NCBI RefSeq assembly: GCF_006345805.1 | Contig: NW_021834634.1 | Span: 1-62,844, forward strand | DNA length: 62,844 bases | Source: Octopus sinensis | Lineage: Eukaryota | Reading direction: 5' to 3' | In this document: piece by piece, positions 14,780 through 27,984 of the stretch | Layout: every line of letters starts with the position of its first letter | Position numbering within the stretch: the stretch's first letter is position 1 | The notes under the pieces: generated by a model | The model's input: the letters and a program-made list of their open reading frames with translations, nothing else | Databases searched by the model: none | What the model was told of the DNA's origin: nothing | Position numbers and translations under genes: made by a program

Positions 14780-15550
14780 GAACTGCTCGTAAAAACCACT
14801 ACAATCAGCCGGGGGGGGGGACGAAATACCTGTCTCCACAGAATTATGGTAAATTGGCGTTTCTCACCTCCAATTTTCCAACATAGGCAGGATTCTCTCT
14901 ATCTTGATACGACAAGTCCTTCTCCCTCAATATATTGGATAGATGGTGAGTTCTCTGCGTTGTATGGGGAAAGGAAGTTCTTCAGTGCGAACTGCTTTGT
15001 CCTGGTCACAATATGTGCAGTTGCTCACATTTCTTCGAAGACTTTCCACTTGGATGTGTGTTACTGCTTCTAATTGTCGGTTTTTGCCGATATGCAGCAA
15101 TATAACTGCATATTCCGAGACGTTACTACCAAAATCTCGACTGGGATTGCAATTTGTGCTTTCCTCCCATTCATCCTAACAAGATGAGCCACCCCTTTTT
15201 CAGTAGGTGTCCTTATCGTTTAAATAAAGCGAGAATTGGTGTGATCATTTCGCCGCCAGCTTCGCAAAAGTTTGCCTGCCTGTGGAGTCGCCATCACAAC
15301 TTATTTTGTCGCTGTCGTTAGTATTGTTGCTACTGTTGTTACTATTTTTAATGCCGCTCCTTTTGCTGTTACTCATAGAGCAATTATCTTGTGATAGTGT
15401 TCTGATTGTTAAAAAACTTTATCCTTACTGTTCTTACTGTTGCATTACCATCGCTGTTATGCTCATGCAAATCTTCTGTAACGAAGCTGTTAGTGGTATG
15501 AGTCGTTCTTTCTTATACCTTGTTACTGAATATGATAGCTGGCATTACTA
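14780..15550 (-). mobile_element. Divergent degenerate L1/Tx1-like ORF1 fragment
   Basis: Minus-strand ELTIYPIY*GRRTCRIKIE aligns with LILIPIYFGRRVYKIRII of the 2.6-kb copy. It is preceded by an N/S/T-rich segment. Confidence 0.55.
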
Positions 15551-15788
15551 ATGCTATAATTCCAACAGAGAAAAGAAATAGACGATTGCAAATAGAATAT
15601 TGCAGATATTCTCCCCTCAAGGACACAATTTGACAATCTCCTCCTTCCCCACTAAGACAGGGGTACTTCAACATTTTAACTGAAATTTACTGTTACAAAT
15701 TGCATTCAACAAGATTTAAGAAACCTTCGGGAACCGATACGTTGTACGCCCACAAGAAACGATAATAAGAATGATGACGATGATGACG

Positions 15789-15860
<72 letters not shown>

Positions 15861-15862
<2 letters not shown>

Positions 15863-16290
15863 CCTTTCTACTACAGGCACAAGGCCTGAAACTTTGGGAA
15901 AGGGGGCTAGTCGATTACATTGCCCTAGTGCTCAGCTGATACCTATTTCATCGACCCTGAAAGGATGAAAGACAAAGCGGACCTCAGGGGAAATTGAACT
16001 TTTTTTTTCTACTCTAGGTACAAGGCCCGAAATTTGTGGGGAGGGAGTCAATCGATTAGATCAACCCCAGTACGCAACTGGTACTTGATTTAACGATCCC
16101 GAAAGGATGAAAGGCAAAGTCGACCTCAGATGAATTTGAACTCAGAACGAAATACCGCTAAGCATTTCGCCCGCATGCTAACGTTTCTGCCAGCTCTCCA
16201 CTTTAAGGAGAAATTGAACTACGAAAGAAAAGACAGTCGACATGCCGCTAAGCTTTTCGCTTGGCGTGCTAGTAATTCTGCCAGCACTTA
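15861..16290 (-). mobile_element. Nested SINEs: family C copy (16001-16209) inserted in another family C copy
   Basis: The outer copy is split at its B-box region. The inner copy is flanked by the 11-bp target-site duplication (TSD) gaaattgaact (15990-16000 and 16210-16220). (AAT)n tail at 15789-15860. Confidence 0.85.
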
Positions 16291-17319
16291 GAAGAGCATT
16301 CAGATATTTATAAATAAGGTCGTTGCATTTGTTAAAAGGATAAACTGTTCAAGAGAAAAAGAGCAAATAAGAGCGAATGAAAGACAGAATTATTATAGAA
16401 ATACAGATGCAGTAAATCTATGAGAATGACAGAGTGAAAAAATGCAGAGAGAGAGAGAGAGAGAGAGAAGAGAGAGAGGAGGGGAGAAGAGAGAGAGAGA
16501 AAGAAAGTGAAGGAGGGAGAGAAAGAATATAATGAGTGTTAGAGGGATTGAGAAGAAAGAAATGATGAATAAATGAGACGGAAAGCTAGAATTACAGGGA
16601 GAGAGGAAAGAGTGAGAAACACAAGGTAAAGTAAAAAGAGATTATCAGTTACGCTGAATGAAATAAATGTTAGAGGAACAAATGAAGATGGAACAAATGA
16701 AGATGGTAGGTAAACAGCAAGGATAACTTAGGGAAATAAATGACTGCAATAGAAAAAAAAATGAGAGAGAGAGAGAGAGTGTGAGAGAGAGAGGGGGAGA
16801 GAGCTTAGAAGACACAGTGGAAATATAAAGGGATAGAGAGAAGACAGTGTTATGGAAAATAAAAGAAAAAAGAATGATAGATATATATAAGTGAAGAGAG
16901 AAAGAGGGGAATGTCGATAAGAGTTTGAAATACAGTAATGAGTAGCGTGAAAGGGATCTTTGTTATAAGAAGTAAAAACGTAGAGGGGGGAAGCGAGAGG
17001 GGAGTAGGGGTGGTGGTGGTGGTGGTGGTGATAGTATGAAATATTATATGGAACAGATTGTCTGAGCAGAATAGTTCACAGTCTGTAGAGAAAGAGTTTC
17101 GACTTCATAGCTGTTCTTCGTTTTGTTTGTTTCATTCGTTTGCTTTGTATATTTATATTTATATTTTATATTTATATTTTATATTATATTTATTTTTTTA
17201 TGTTTTATTATTCTTATCAAAAGATTGTCTAACCAACAGAGCCGAACAAACTAAACATCTGTCACGCTTGTGTTTTCAATGGAGTTTCTTTTCACCATTG
17301 TTTTACTTTATGTAACATA

Positions 17320-17434
17320 TTCTTCTTCTTCTTCTTCTTCTTCTTCTTCTTCTTCTTCGTATTATTATTATTATATTATATTATTATTATTATTATTATT
17401 ATTATTTTATTATTATTATTATTATTATTTATTA

Positions 17435-17516
<82 letters not shown>

Positions 17517-17592
17517 CAGCAGCAGCAGCAGCAGCAGTAGTAGCAGTAGTAGTAGCAGTTGCAGTAGCAGCAGCAGCAGCAGCAGTGGCGGT

Positions 17593-17624
<32 letters not shown>

Positions 17625-17665
17625 TAGTAGGAGGAGGAGGAGGAGGAGGAAGAGGAGGACGACGA
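17320..17665. repeat. Compound trinucleotide microsatellite (CTT)(ATT)(AGT)(AGC)(AGG)
   Basis: Seen directly. Confidence 0.95.
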
Positions 17666-17775
17666 CGAGCAGACGGATTCGTTAGCACGCTGTGTGACAT
17701 GCTTAGCGGCATTTCGTCCGTCTTTACGTTCTGAGTTCACATTCCGTCGAGGCCGACTTTGCCTTTTATCCTTTC
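17665..17775 (+). mobile_element. SINE family C, 5' fragment
   Basis: gttagcacgc...gcttagcggcatttcgtccg...gagttcacattcc...gactttgccttttatcctttc. Confidence 0.8.
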
Positions 17776-18082
17776 AAAAAGATTAATACTCCATAAGTTT
17801 ACTCTCATTTTCGTAAATTTCTCCGATGAAAATGTTTATTATTCATTATCTATTCATTTGCAAATCCTACGGTATTTGCAAGACAGTTTTTGAAACTCTC
17901 AGTATCTACTGAATCAAAGAATATACATCAATTACTCTTGTTTGTGGCAGTCATCAGAGAAACATAGTATTTATAACATCGGCAAGTTTGACATTGATGA
18001 AGAAGAAGCGGTAGGGTATAGCCATGACATGTGATACCAACAACAGCGCTAAAGCTATCGCTTGCCTTGAAAGCTTTGTTAC

Positions 18083-18122
<40 letters not shown>

Positions 18123-18415
18123 GGGGGAGAGAGTGGAGAGGGGAGAGTAATAGTTTGAAGTAAAAGTTCTCGAAGTGCAGCAGCAACCGCATAGCCACCG
18201 ACAATGACACCATTATGAACAAGAACAATACCATCTCCAACAACAATGAACTTCCAGTTCGTTATGTTAACGAAAAAATTACCTGGCTTTATCGGTCGAA
18301 GGGAGCAATGCTAGGGACAAAAATGATGGCGACAAACTTGAAAAGTGAAGGAAAATAACCACTACTAAATCAACAGTTACACGTCCAGCAGTAGAGGCAA
18401 CAATCACAACAGTAA

Positions 18416-18809
18416 TCTCTCTATATATAAAGCTGAAATTGTCTGTGTATGGCAGGTTTGGTAGCCTTCAACTAACACTATCCCCTCCGAGACCCTGCGG
18501 CGCAAGTTGACCAAAATTGAGAATATGATAGAAGAAGGCTTGCTCTTCCTTCTGTAGAAGAAAAAATTCAAATCTGACCATGTTAACACCAAAAGTTATT
18601 TATATCAAAAAGGTGCTTTTTTTTTCTATGAAAATCCCTATTTTTTTATGATTTTTGACTGCTGCGTTGCCATTTTTCAGTGTATTTCAACCAAAAAAAT
18701 GTTCACTCAAAGAGAATAACAAGCTACATAATGCAAAATTTTTACTTTTCAAAAATTCCAATTCTAAAGGGTCGAAACAAACCCGAGCAACGCCGAGCGA
18801 TACTGCTAG
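18416..18809 (+). mobile_element. Non-autonomous Helitron (394 bp)
   Basis: Starts with TC after an A (18415). Ends cccgagcaacgccgag (imperfect hairpin), spacer, CTAG, followed by T (18810). No TSD, and the flanks rejoin cleanly. Confidence 0.85.
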
Positions 18810-19303
18810 TAATATTATAAAATAATACTACCAAAGTGCAACAGCTAGGTGACGGGCAGCAAAACCATAATAGCAACATCATTGCAGACAGCCTACCTAT
18901 AAGTCAACTGAACCCCATCCTATTTCCAAATAATATTACTACAATGATCACTGCAGCAGCAGTGACAACAACAGCAATATCGAATTATAACAAGACGGCT
19001 GATTAAAACTGGCTCTTTTGCAAATGCGCTACTTTTCACAGAAAATTTGAACTGCAGGGGCTGAATTGCTGCGTTGTTCGGTGACATTTGTCCGGTGTTT
19101 AGATTGAATGACCAGCTATCGAAGCCATTCAGCATCATGTATTCTTTCTGACGAGATTGTTCCTTTACGTCTCTCCTGTATGTACCTGCCCATGAATGCA
19201 ACTGAGGAAACTAACGACATTGAGTGATTTACCGCATGAACTGGGATGTTGAAAATGTTTTGTCATACGTGGACAGCGTCACCGTTATAGGTCAAGTACC
19301 AAG

Positions 19304-19685
19304 TGGAAGCACTCCGTCGGTTACGACGACGAGGGTTCCGGTTGATCCGATCAACGGAGCAACCTGCTCGTGAAATTAACGTGTAAGTGGCTGAGCACTC
19401 CACAGACACGTGTACCCTTAACGCAGTTCTCGGGGATATTCAGCGTGACACAGAGAGTGACAAGGCCGGCCCCTTTGAAATACAGGTACAACAGAAACAG
19501 GAAGTAAGAGTGAGAGAAAGTTGTGGTGAAAGAGTACAGCAGGGACCACCACCATCCCTGCCGGAAACCCGTGGAGCTCTAGGTGCTTTCGCTCAATAAA
19601 CACTCACAACGCCCGGTCTGGGAATCGAAACCGCGATCCTACGACCGTTAGTCCACTGCCCTAACCACTGGGCCATTGCGCCTCC
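19304..19685 (-). mobile_element. tRNA-derived SINE, family A, full length
   Basis: A box tggcccagtgg, B box gtttcgattcc. 9-bp TSD agtaccaag (19295-19303 and 19686-19694). Sister copy at 28244-28637. Confidence 0.93.
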
Positions 19686-20716
19686 AGTACCAAGCATTAC
19701 TCTAAGGAAAGATGAGGTGGTGACGAGCAAAATTAACCAACAAAGTCAGTGAGTTGCCTGTGCAATCCATAAACTTTGAGAGGCACATGACGGCGGACAG
19801 TAAAATTGGTTTGACACAGATTTCCAAGAGGAAAAGAACTGGAATGTGTGACAAGTAGAACGGCAAATTTAAATCAGATATTGGCTGAGAGGAAGCTATC
19901 CCTGAAAGATTGGTCGGAGTTGGCGGACGCTTACATCACCCCCGTCATATATTTTAGCTCTGTTTCACTTCATGGTTCACCGGACTGGGGTGCCTGTCGT
20001 CCTGCTCTCTATGAAGGGGACGCATTCCACTGGTCAGACGTTTAATTCGTTGTCAACGTCCGCTGGGTGGAGAACTTGGAATGCAGTAGGTGATGATGCA
20101 TAGAGAAGGGTTGATGTCGCGGCATCTCCAGCAACTCTTTGGCAATTAAACTGTTTTTACCGTTTCCAGATGGGATCTTTCACAGTTCGCTTCATTATCA
20201 GATCTGTAGTCCTGGGGTGGGGGTGGGGCTGAAACTTATTTTTTTCTAGCTTTAGGTTCTTCTGCACTACTCAGTACACTGGACAGGTCAATGGCTCAAG
20301 AAAGTAACAACGTAGGTTGCTTGATGTCCGGAATGCCATCAGACGCTCACAGCCCTTAACCAAGCGGGAACTGTAAACTACTTTTGGTCGAACCACTAAG
20401 TTACGGGGACGTAAACAAACCAATACCGGCCGTCAGGCTATGGAAAGGATAAGCAGCTACCAGTTGGCAATAAATGAAAGTGACTATATCAACCCAACCC
20501 CAAAACAAACCATTCCGGAATAATCATCAACACGTTTCTAGAAATCCTTCTAAAATTTTATCTTTGCTTCTCAGATAATTCATGGATGAATTTGTTTACG
20601 TATCATCCTAACTTCAAGTCTTCCAAATGAGTTTGATCAGAATATTAATGCTATTCTCGTTGAACGTGCATCTTCTCAAACTTCACATTGGCTAACATCA
20701 ATCCACTACTGTTTAT

Positions 20717-21050
20717 CCTCATAATCTGCAACAGAAAGTAAAACCACCCATTATGTTGCTATAAAATTTTGATGTCCCAAACCTCTATAACAGTACAAGA
20801 CATTTTGTCAAGATTTTATGTCCCATAATATGGACACCATTATATAATTTGATGTACCAAGGACAAAGATGTTTTCTTTCCATGCTTTCCGATATCTCAT
20901 CAAATACGCCACTTCACTTCAAATTGAAAGCCCCTTTCAGTTTCCAGGTCCCATGTTTTCTGTAGCCATCATGAAGCTTAAGAGGCCATCCTCTAAGATT
21001 GAACTGTCGAATCAATATTTCTTTCACGGTCAATGTGTGCATACGTGTCA
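20717..21050 (+). mobile_element. Very degenerate Helitron PIF1-like helicase C-terminal fragment
   Basis: PHNLQQKVKPPIMLL*NFDVPNLYNSTRH corresponds to PH.L.LKVG.PIMLLRNLD.P.LCNGTR. PFQF...YFFHGQCV corresponds to the FSHGQLYV motif region. Confidence 0.7.
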
Positions 21051-21443
21051 TGACAAGTGGATATCCTCTAATTAAAGTACAAAACTGTAGAACAAGAAAC
21101 ACTTTCTCAAATAGCTCTTGCTGAATAAATCAGTTTTCTGTTAAAATTACGTCCTTTTTTGTGTGTTCAATATGATTTAGAATTACAAGAAAATATATAC
21201 TGTAAAACAAAATATAGTTTCCTAAAATCGTAAAATTAAAATCAACAGAGAAAAAAGAGCTTCGCACACCAAAGAACCTTGAAAAGTTCAAATTCAGACA
21301 TAATTTATATTACAACAAAATTAAATGCAAAAATATTTACATAAAAACTTGTTGCATAAAACTTAGTTAAACATAGTAAAGGTATATACATTTAACAGCC
21401 ATTCAATGCTGAGTACCTCTTCAAGTGTGTGTGTGCGTGCGTG

Positions 21444-21488
<45 letters not shown>

Positions 21489-21861
21489 AATGTTGTAGCT
21501 CGCTTGAAGTATGGTAATATCGAAGAAGGGAAGAAGAAAATAGAAGCTTCTGACAATGCGAAAAAGTTTAATAAAACCTTTATATTACATATGTATACAT
21601 ACACACACACACCACATATATATTTATATATATATATATAATATATATATATAATAAAATATAGGGAATAAATCCAAACTTAAAGGGAAAAATCAGATTT
21701 AGGATTGAATCCAATTTTATAGTAAAATATTATATTATATTAAATTAGAGATAAAACCACTATTAGGCAAATCATACAATGAAAAACTTAAGCCAATACA
21801 TAAGATTAATTAATTTATATTATTTTAAATATATATCAAAATTATTAAAAATTTATATATA

Positions 21862-23500
21862 CTAGAAGAGATACCTGGTGCTGCTCGGGATTAAAATGGC
21901 ATAGTTTGTGTATATATATATATATTACAGTTATGTTGGAACATATGATACGGAAAAGTGTAGCATTGACGGCAAAACATTTGTAGAGTAAATGATAGGC
22001 TAATTGGACTAAGCGACATGTCATGCATCTGTATGGAAGATTCCGGACCATCACCTGTCATGGAAAATTGAGGGTGGGGATATGTGATTTTTGAACGCAC
22101 TGAAAAGCTGTCATTGGATACACTCATCGTTGCGGCTGTCGGCGCTGCATGTAATACGACCCATCGTATGTTTGACAGTCGAATGAATGCAGGTGTAAAG
22201 GAGGTATCGTACGCAAATAGGTACATTCCGGAAAAGGGCTGCAATGGGAGATGGCAACGGGGAAGTGAACTGTTGAAATGTTGCAGAAGGCGAAGGACTG
22301 ACATTGGGTTGCCGGTGTGGCTGTAGAACAAAAAAACATAAACTGAGCCTATGCAGTCACATGAGAATATGTAATACAGTAATTCCTCGCTATATCGCGG
22401 TTCACCTATCATGGTTTACCTATCGCGGTTCATTATTTAAGCTTGCATCGATTCCTCCGTGGTGTTGTTTTGCATTTATAATGAAATAAATATATACAAG
22501 TTATAAAAAGAATAAAAACAAATATACAGTACTGTTTCTACGTTTTCACCTATTGCGAGGGTTTTGGAACGTAATATCCGCGATAATCGATGGATTACTG
22601 TAATGAATTACTTGAAAAAATAAGGCGTAATGACTTACCATGTGGTTGGTGGGTGTAAATGGAGAATATGCTTTGATATTGAAGTCCATGCATGAAACAG
22701 CTTTATTGATGCAGTCTTCAGGTTTGTTGGTATTATGCCGAAATGGTATTCATCTTCACCATTCACAAAGACTAATGGATACTGGAGCGCATCGTAAGAC
22801 GTAATACTTACCTCTTGGTAAACAATATTCTTTGTTTCCATTGTGAAACAAATACAAATTGACATTTTTGGCCTCCCATTCTAGAGCAGCCAACATTTAA
22901 TAGCCCGTGTGAGAAGCACGACTCTTCCAAGTGAAGTCCTACAACAGACAATGTTTGACCCTGGGGTTTATTGATAGACATTGCGAAGCTGATACGAATA
23001 GGAAATTGCAGTGTTCTGAATGAAAAAGGAATTTCTGCTCCCAATGGAGAGAAGAATTCTGGGTATGAAAACATCCTCTCCTTTTCCACATCCAGAGAGA
23101 ACGGTGGCCTCAATAACATGTCGCATCATCTTCTTTACTACCAGGGCTGTCCCATTGCAGAGTTTTGGTGGATCCAAATTTCTCAATAATATTACTGGAG
23201 TTCCCACTTTAAGTTCCAATCTGTGGGAAAGTAGTCCTGGAGGCTCCAATAAATTGAGAAATTCTGTTGGATAATTTACCATGTCTTCTGGATCTAACAT
23301 TGTATCAACTGACTTATAGATGTGAGGACTTCCAGGAAGGTACTGCAACAGCTGTTGATTCCTTTTACTTACAAAGCTGTTTCTTTTGAAGCCAATATTG
23401 CTCTTTCACACAGCCAATTGAGACTGTTATAATTTTTCGACCAATGGAGGACTTCCTCTTTGGAGAGATTAAGTCAAGAAATATCATGAAATAGATGAGA
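21862..23500 (-). mobile_element. Rearranged, internally deleted Helitron (RepHel helicase remnant plus 3' terminus)
   Basis: WLCERAILA; YPTEFLNLLEPPGLLSHRLELKVGTPVILLRNLDPPKLCNGT; QFPIRISFAMSINKPQGQTL; CFSHGLLNVGCSR; TKNIVYQEV. The 3' end cccgagcagcaccagg-tatctctt-CTAG then T lies at 21862. The 5' end was not found. Confidence 0.92.
22377..22600. mobile_element. pogo/Tigger-like MITE (Tc1/mariner superfamily) inserted in the Helitron
   Basis: Imperfect 23-24 bp TIRs (CAGTAATTCCTCGCTATATCGCGG and CCGCGATAATCGATGGATTACTG). TA TSD at 22375-22376 and 22601-22602. Confidence 0.88.
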
Positions 23501-23931
23501 TGACAATTGTATATTAATAATGAAATGACGATAAGAGAGGTAAATAATATCAATATCTTAGCAAATTTTAAGAAATACATACAATGAACTGAGATGACGC
23601 TGTTAAGTTAATGATTAATTGTCTATAAAAAACATTAATTAATTTCATATTTTAAAAAGATGAAAAACGTTCAGTGAATTAACTGCGCGTGGTAAGGGAA
23701 ACAAATTAATTTCTGAAAGTTACTTCGTAAAGAGTTACCTCATTTCTCCACATAACCCACGAAAAGGTGTTTTCTGCTCCCAGAAGGCCTGTTACTCATT
23801 ATGGGAAATTTTACGAGTCTAATACCATCTCTGGAACATAAGCAATGTATGTTCCCAGTTTGAAAAAAATCAGTTGTGAATCCCGACGTTATGCGGGTTT
23901 ACACATACCGACAACCTCAATTATACATACA

Positions 23932-24012
<81 letters not shown>

Positions 24013-24049
24013 TTCTGTCTGTGTTTTCCATTACCAACGCATGACAACG

Positions 24050-24210
24050 TTTGCATTCCCGTAACTTAGCCGTTCGGTAAAAGAGCTTGGTAGAGTAAGT
24101 ACCAGGATTAAAAAAATAAGTTCTGGGTTCGAGTCATTCGACTAAGAACTTAACGCGGCGCCCCAGCATCGCCACACTCTAATGACTGAAACATGCAAAA
24201 GATAAAAGAT
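24050..24210 (+). mobile_element. SINE family B, 3' fragment
   Basis: cccgtaacttagccgttcggtaaaagag...aatgactgaaacatgcaaaagataaaag. Confidence 0.8.
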
Positions 24211-24226
24211 ATGTGTGTCTTGTGTG

Positions 24227-24266
<40 letters not shown>

Positions 24267-24305
24267 TATGTGTTCGTGTGTATGCATGTAAGCAGGCATG
24301 TATGT

Positions 24306-24342
<37 letters not shown>

Positions 24343-25638
24343 GGAGAAAAAGAAAGAGAGGTTAAGCATACGTCTGCAACTGGTTCCATATAAGTATATG
24401 TTTCAACCCACATGAAAATCTTTTTCCGTGGTGCGGATGGTATGTAAAGATCCCGCAGACAAAAGCAAATATGTTAAAGAAAAAAAAACTGTAACGTCTC
24501 CAATTACAGAGGATGCCTTGAAGCCTGGACTCGAAAGCGAAAAGGCTAAGTCTATCACTTCTGGAGAGGGTCTGCTTAATTATGCTACTGTCTGTCTGTC
24601 CCTTTCTATCTCTCTCTCTCTCTCTTCCTCTCTCTCTCTCTCTCTCTCTTTCTCACTCTTTCTCTCCTTCATTCTCTATGATACACCTGAAGAGTTAGAT
24701 TCCGTGTTTTCTGTGTTTTCTGTCTTATCTCCTCGAAGTGGGATTAACTTAGCAAACTCAACACCCACTACGAATATTCCTACCATTACAGCCATTTCTG
24801 CTTAGCTCTATGAGCGATCAAAGTGATCCTATTTTCTTAAAATTTAGTAAAGTATGGAGTTACAATTGAAAATGTGTTGGTTTTAACTTCTTCAAACCAC
24901 AAACAGACGGCCGAACTTTGGAATGGGCGGTCGAGGTATCATGGGTGTCTACAACAATGAAATACCAACACTTTTACACTTTTATCGCACAGAAAGTGTA
25001 GAACAGGCAGAAACAGCCACGAGTTGATCTATAAAGCCTAGATCAACTTAATATCCGATGACGCTTAGCTGACCAAAACTTTGAAGTCACTGTCAATGCT
25101 ATTCTTGTTAAATATATATTATAAATAAATGTGTATATATGTATATATATATATATATATATAGATTATATATATATATGTATGTATGTATATGTATGTA
25201 TGTATGCATGCTTGTATGTAGTATGCATTGTATGTATACATATCTATATATAATATACATATATAGACATATATGTATATATATATATGAATATATATAT
25301 ATGTTCATATATATATATATATATATATTCATATAGCATAATGTTATCAATTAACAAGAAAATAAGTATATGTATTGATGGAAAACCTCTATAAATTGGC
25401 TGATGATTGCTGAACATTTTAAAACTGTTGTAATGCTTACAATGTTTAATAAAATGATGTAGCCTGAAACGATCGTACCAAATTACCGAAGATATTCTTG
25501 TTGCTTATTTTGATTATATACTGATATATATATATATCCATATGTATACGTATGTATATATTCATATATTTATATATATTCATATATACATATATATTCA
25601 TATACATACATACATACATACATACATACATACATACA

Positions 25639-25673
<35 letters not shown>

Positions 25674-26600
25674 GTGTGTATGTGTGTCTGTGTATCATAC
25701 ATACGCACGCAGGCAAGCACATACATACATATACATAAAACGGATGCATGCCATTTCAAAAAATTGTATATATTAACACAGAAGTGGTGAACGACAATGC
25801 GCAAAGTAAGACATAGAAAAATGGATACCCGTAACTGTTTTGATACACTGAGTCTCATCAACAACGAGTGACTGTCTGCCCAACAACTCCAAGTATCTCA
25901 TTATTGATGGTGAGATTTAGCTCGGATGATAAATCATGTCTTCTTTTCCATAGTTTGAATAAATAAAACATTAAACGAAGAAGAAAATTGTAATTTAAAG
26001 AATGAAATTGCTGAGACAAAAATACATTTCAAATAGAGAAATTTTATTCATGGAAATATTCTATATGGAATATAAATAACCGTTCTCAGAAATACTTTGT
26101 TTATCGAGTTCTTCGACATTTGTATCTAGTATCGAATAGTTATGTCTTTCTACTAGATTCGCACTCTATGTCAAACTAACGAGCCAATAAATAATAAACA
26201 TTTGACTGACTATAAAACATGTCATTGTTACCAGAATATTTGTGACTATAATATTGTCAGAAATGGAAATATATGAGGATTATTTATTTCCATGATTCAG
26301 TAATGTTTCTGGTTAAAGAGCGTTTGAAAAATTGAAAAATATATAAATTCGAAATCATTGGTGTGTTTAGAGAACGATTTGAAGAGAATCATTGTTTACT
26401 TAATCACACGTGATATTGTAATCATTGCAATGGTTCACTTATTCAAGCATACACTAACAAATATATCAAAAAAGAAAACACACATGCATGTATAAGAGTT
26501 TGTGCGTGCGTGCGTGCGTGCGTGCGTGTGTGTGGATACGGCAATATATCAAACGAACAGCTACACTACTTTACTCATACAAGCACACATTAATGTTGCT

Positions 26601-26666
<66 letters not shown>

Positions 26667-27262
26667 TGTGTGTGAGCATAAATATAACATTGATACGTTG
26701 TGCGAAGCGTTCAAACATGATTGCAGAGGTTATTATAAACAGATAAAGTACAAAACTTAGAATTGAACTAGCCATGTCCAAGGATGAAATTTTATCAGTG
26801 AGTGTGTGTTTGTGTGAGTGTGTGGTGAGGTGATATGATTATGTATGTATGTATGTATGTATGTATGTATATGTATGTATGTATGTATGTTTGTATGCAT
26901 GTATGTATGTATGTATGTATGCATGTATGCATGTATGCATGTATGTATGGATGGATGGATGGATGTGCGTGTGTGTGTCTGTGGTGTATATTTATACATA
27001 CATATATATACATATATAGATATACACACCCACACAAACACACACGCATATATATCTATATATGTGCGATTGTTATATTTATATATGTATATATATATAT
27101 ATATATGTAATATATATACATATAATAATAATAATAATATATATATAATATATACACATACATATATATATATACATATATTATATATACATATATAAAT
27201 AATAAATATACAATCGCACATATATAGTATGCAAAACATGATTGCGTGTGTGTGTGTCTATG

Positions 27263-27310
<48 letters not shown>

Positions 27311-27773
27311 TATATATAATAATATAATATATATATATACTTACATATATAAATATGTATAAATACATATTTATGTTTTTGCGCGTGTATGTGTATGTAT
27401 TTATCATATGCGTTTACCAGCGCGTAACTCAAGTCATTTAAACACTGCAAATATCGCAATGTACGTGTCTAAGTACTCATCTATGTTGCTAGATGGCAGT
27501 GTAACTGAGTACACCCAGTGGGCTCTTAATTTTAACGGCCTAAACAAAAAATATAAACATGCTACTACATTTCTAGAACAATTAGTCTTCTCTTGTCCCA
27601 TGAACATTACAGAGATTTTAGCGACTACTTAACCAAGAGCGGAAGCCCTACCTTGATCATTTTGATTAATCTATGACTTAAAGCGACTCTAGTATTTGAA
27701 TAGTAATTAGGTATAACATTAGCAAATTAAAGAGGAAAATAGTGGCTAGCATGGATATATATATATATATATA

Positions 27774-27878
27774 TGTAGGTCCCGGGTTGAGTCGGGGTTA
27801 ACCACAGTAAATAAGGTACTCAATGCTTCCTGAAGATTTCTTTTGAATGAAACAGTTCTAGTCCTGTAGAAGCTCCTT

Positions 27879-27931
<53 letters not shown>

Positions 27932-27949
27932 TGTGTGTGTGTTGTGTGT

Positions 27950-27984
<35 letters not shown>

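Larger units (their letters stand above)
18170..20370 (+). mobile_element. Internally deleted L1/Tx1-like LINE (possible ORF1-like 5' part plus RT fragments), interrupted by a Helitron and a SINE
   Basis: SKPFSIMYSF*RDCSFTSLLY (QGCPLSPLLY motif); LSYVDSVTVI (YADD motif) at about 19260-19290; ERKLSLKD...AYITPVIY; RGRIPLVRRLIRCQRPLGGELGM (GGLG motif). The 5' boundary is uncertain. Confidence 0.75.

Noticed and set aside
22803-22814. GAG/GTAAGT splice donor at the Helitron fusion point
   Set aside because: It is a perfect consensus, but no linked acceptor or host exon is visible, and it can arise by chance at the junction.
24428-24805. 125-aa ORF as an exon
   Set aside because: It runs through a (CT)n tract, has no recognisable domain, and lacks convincing splice sites.
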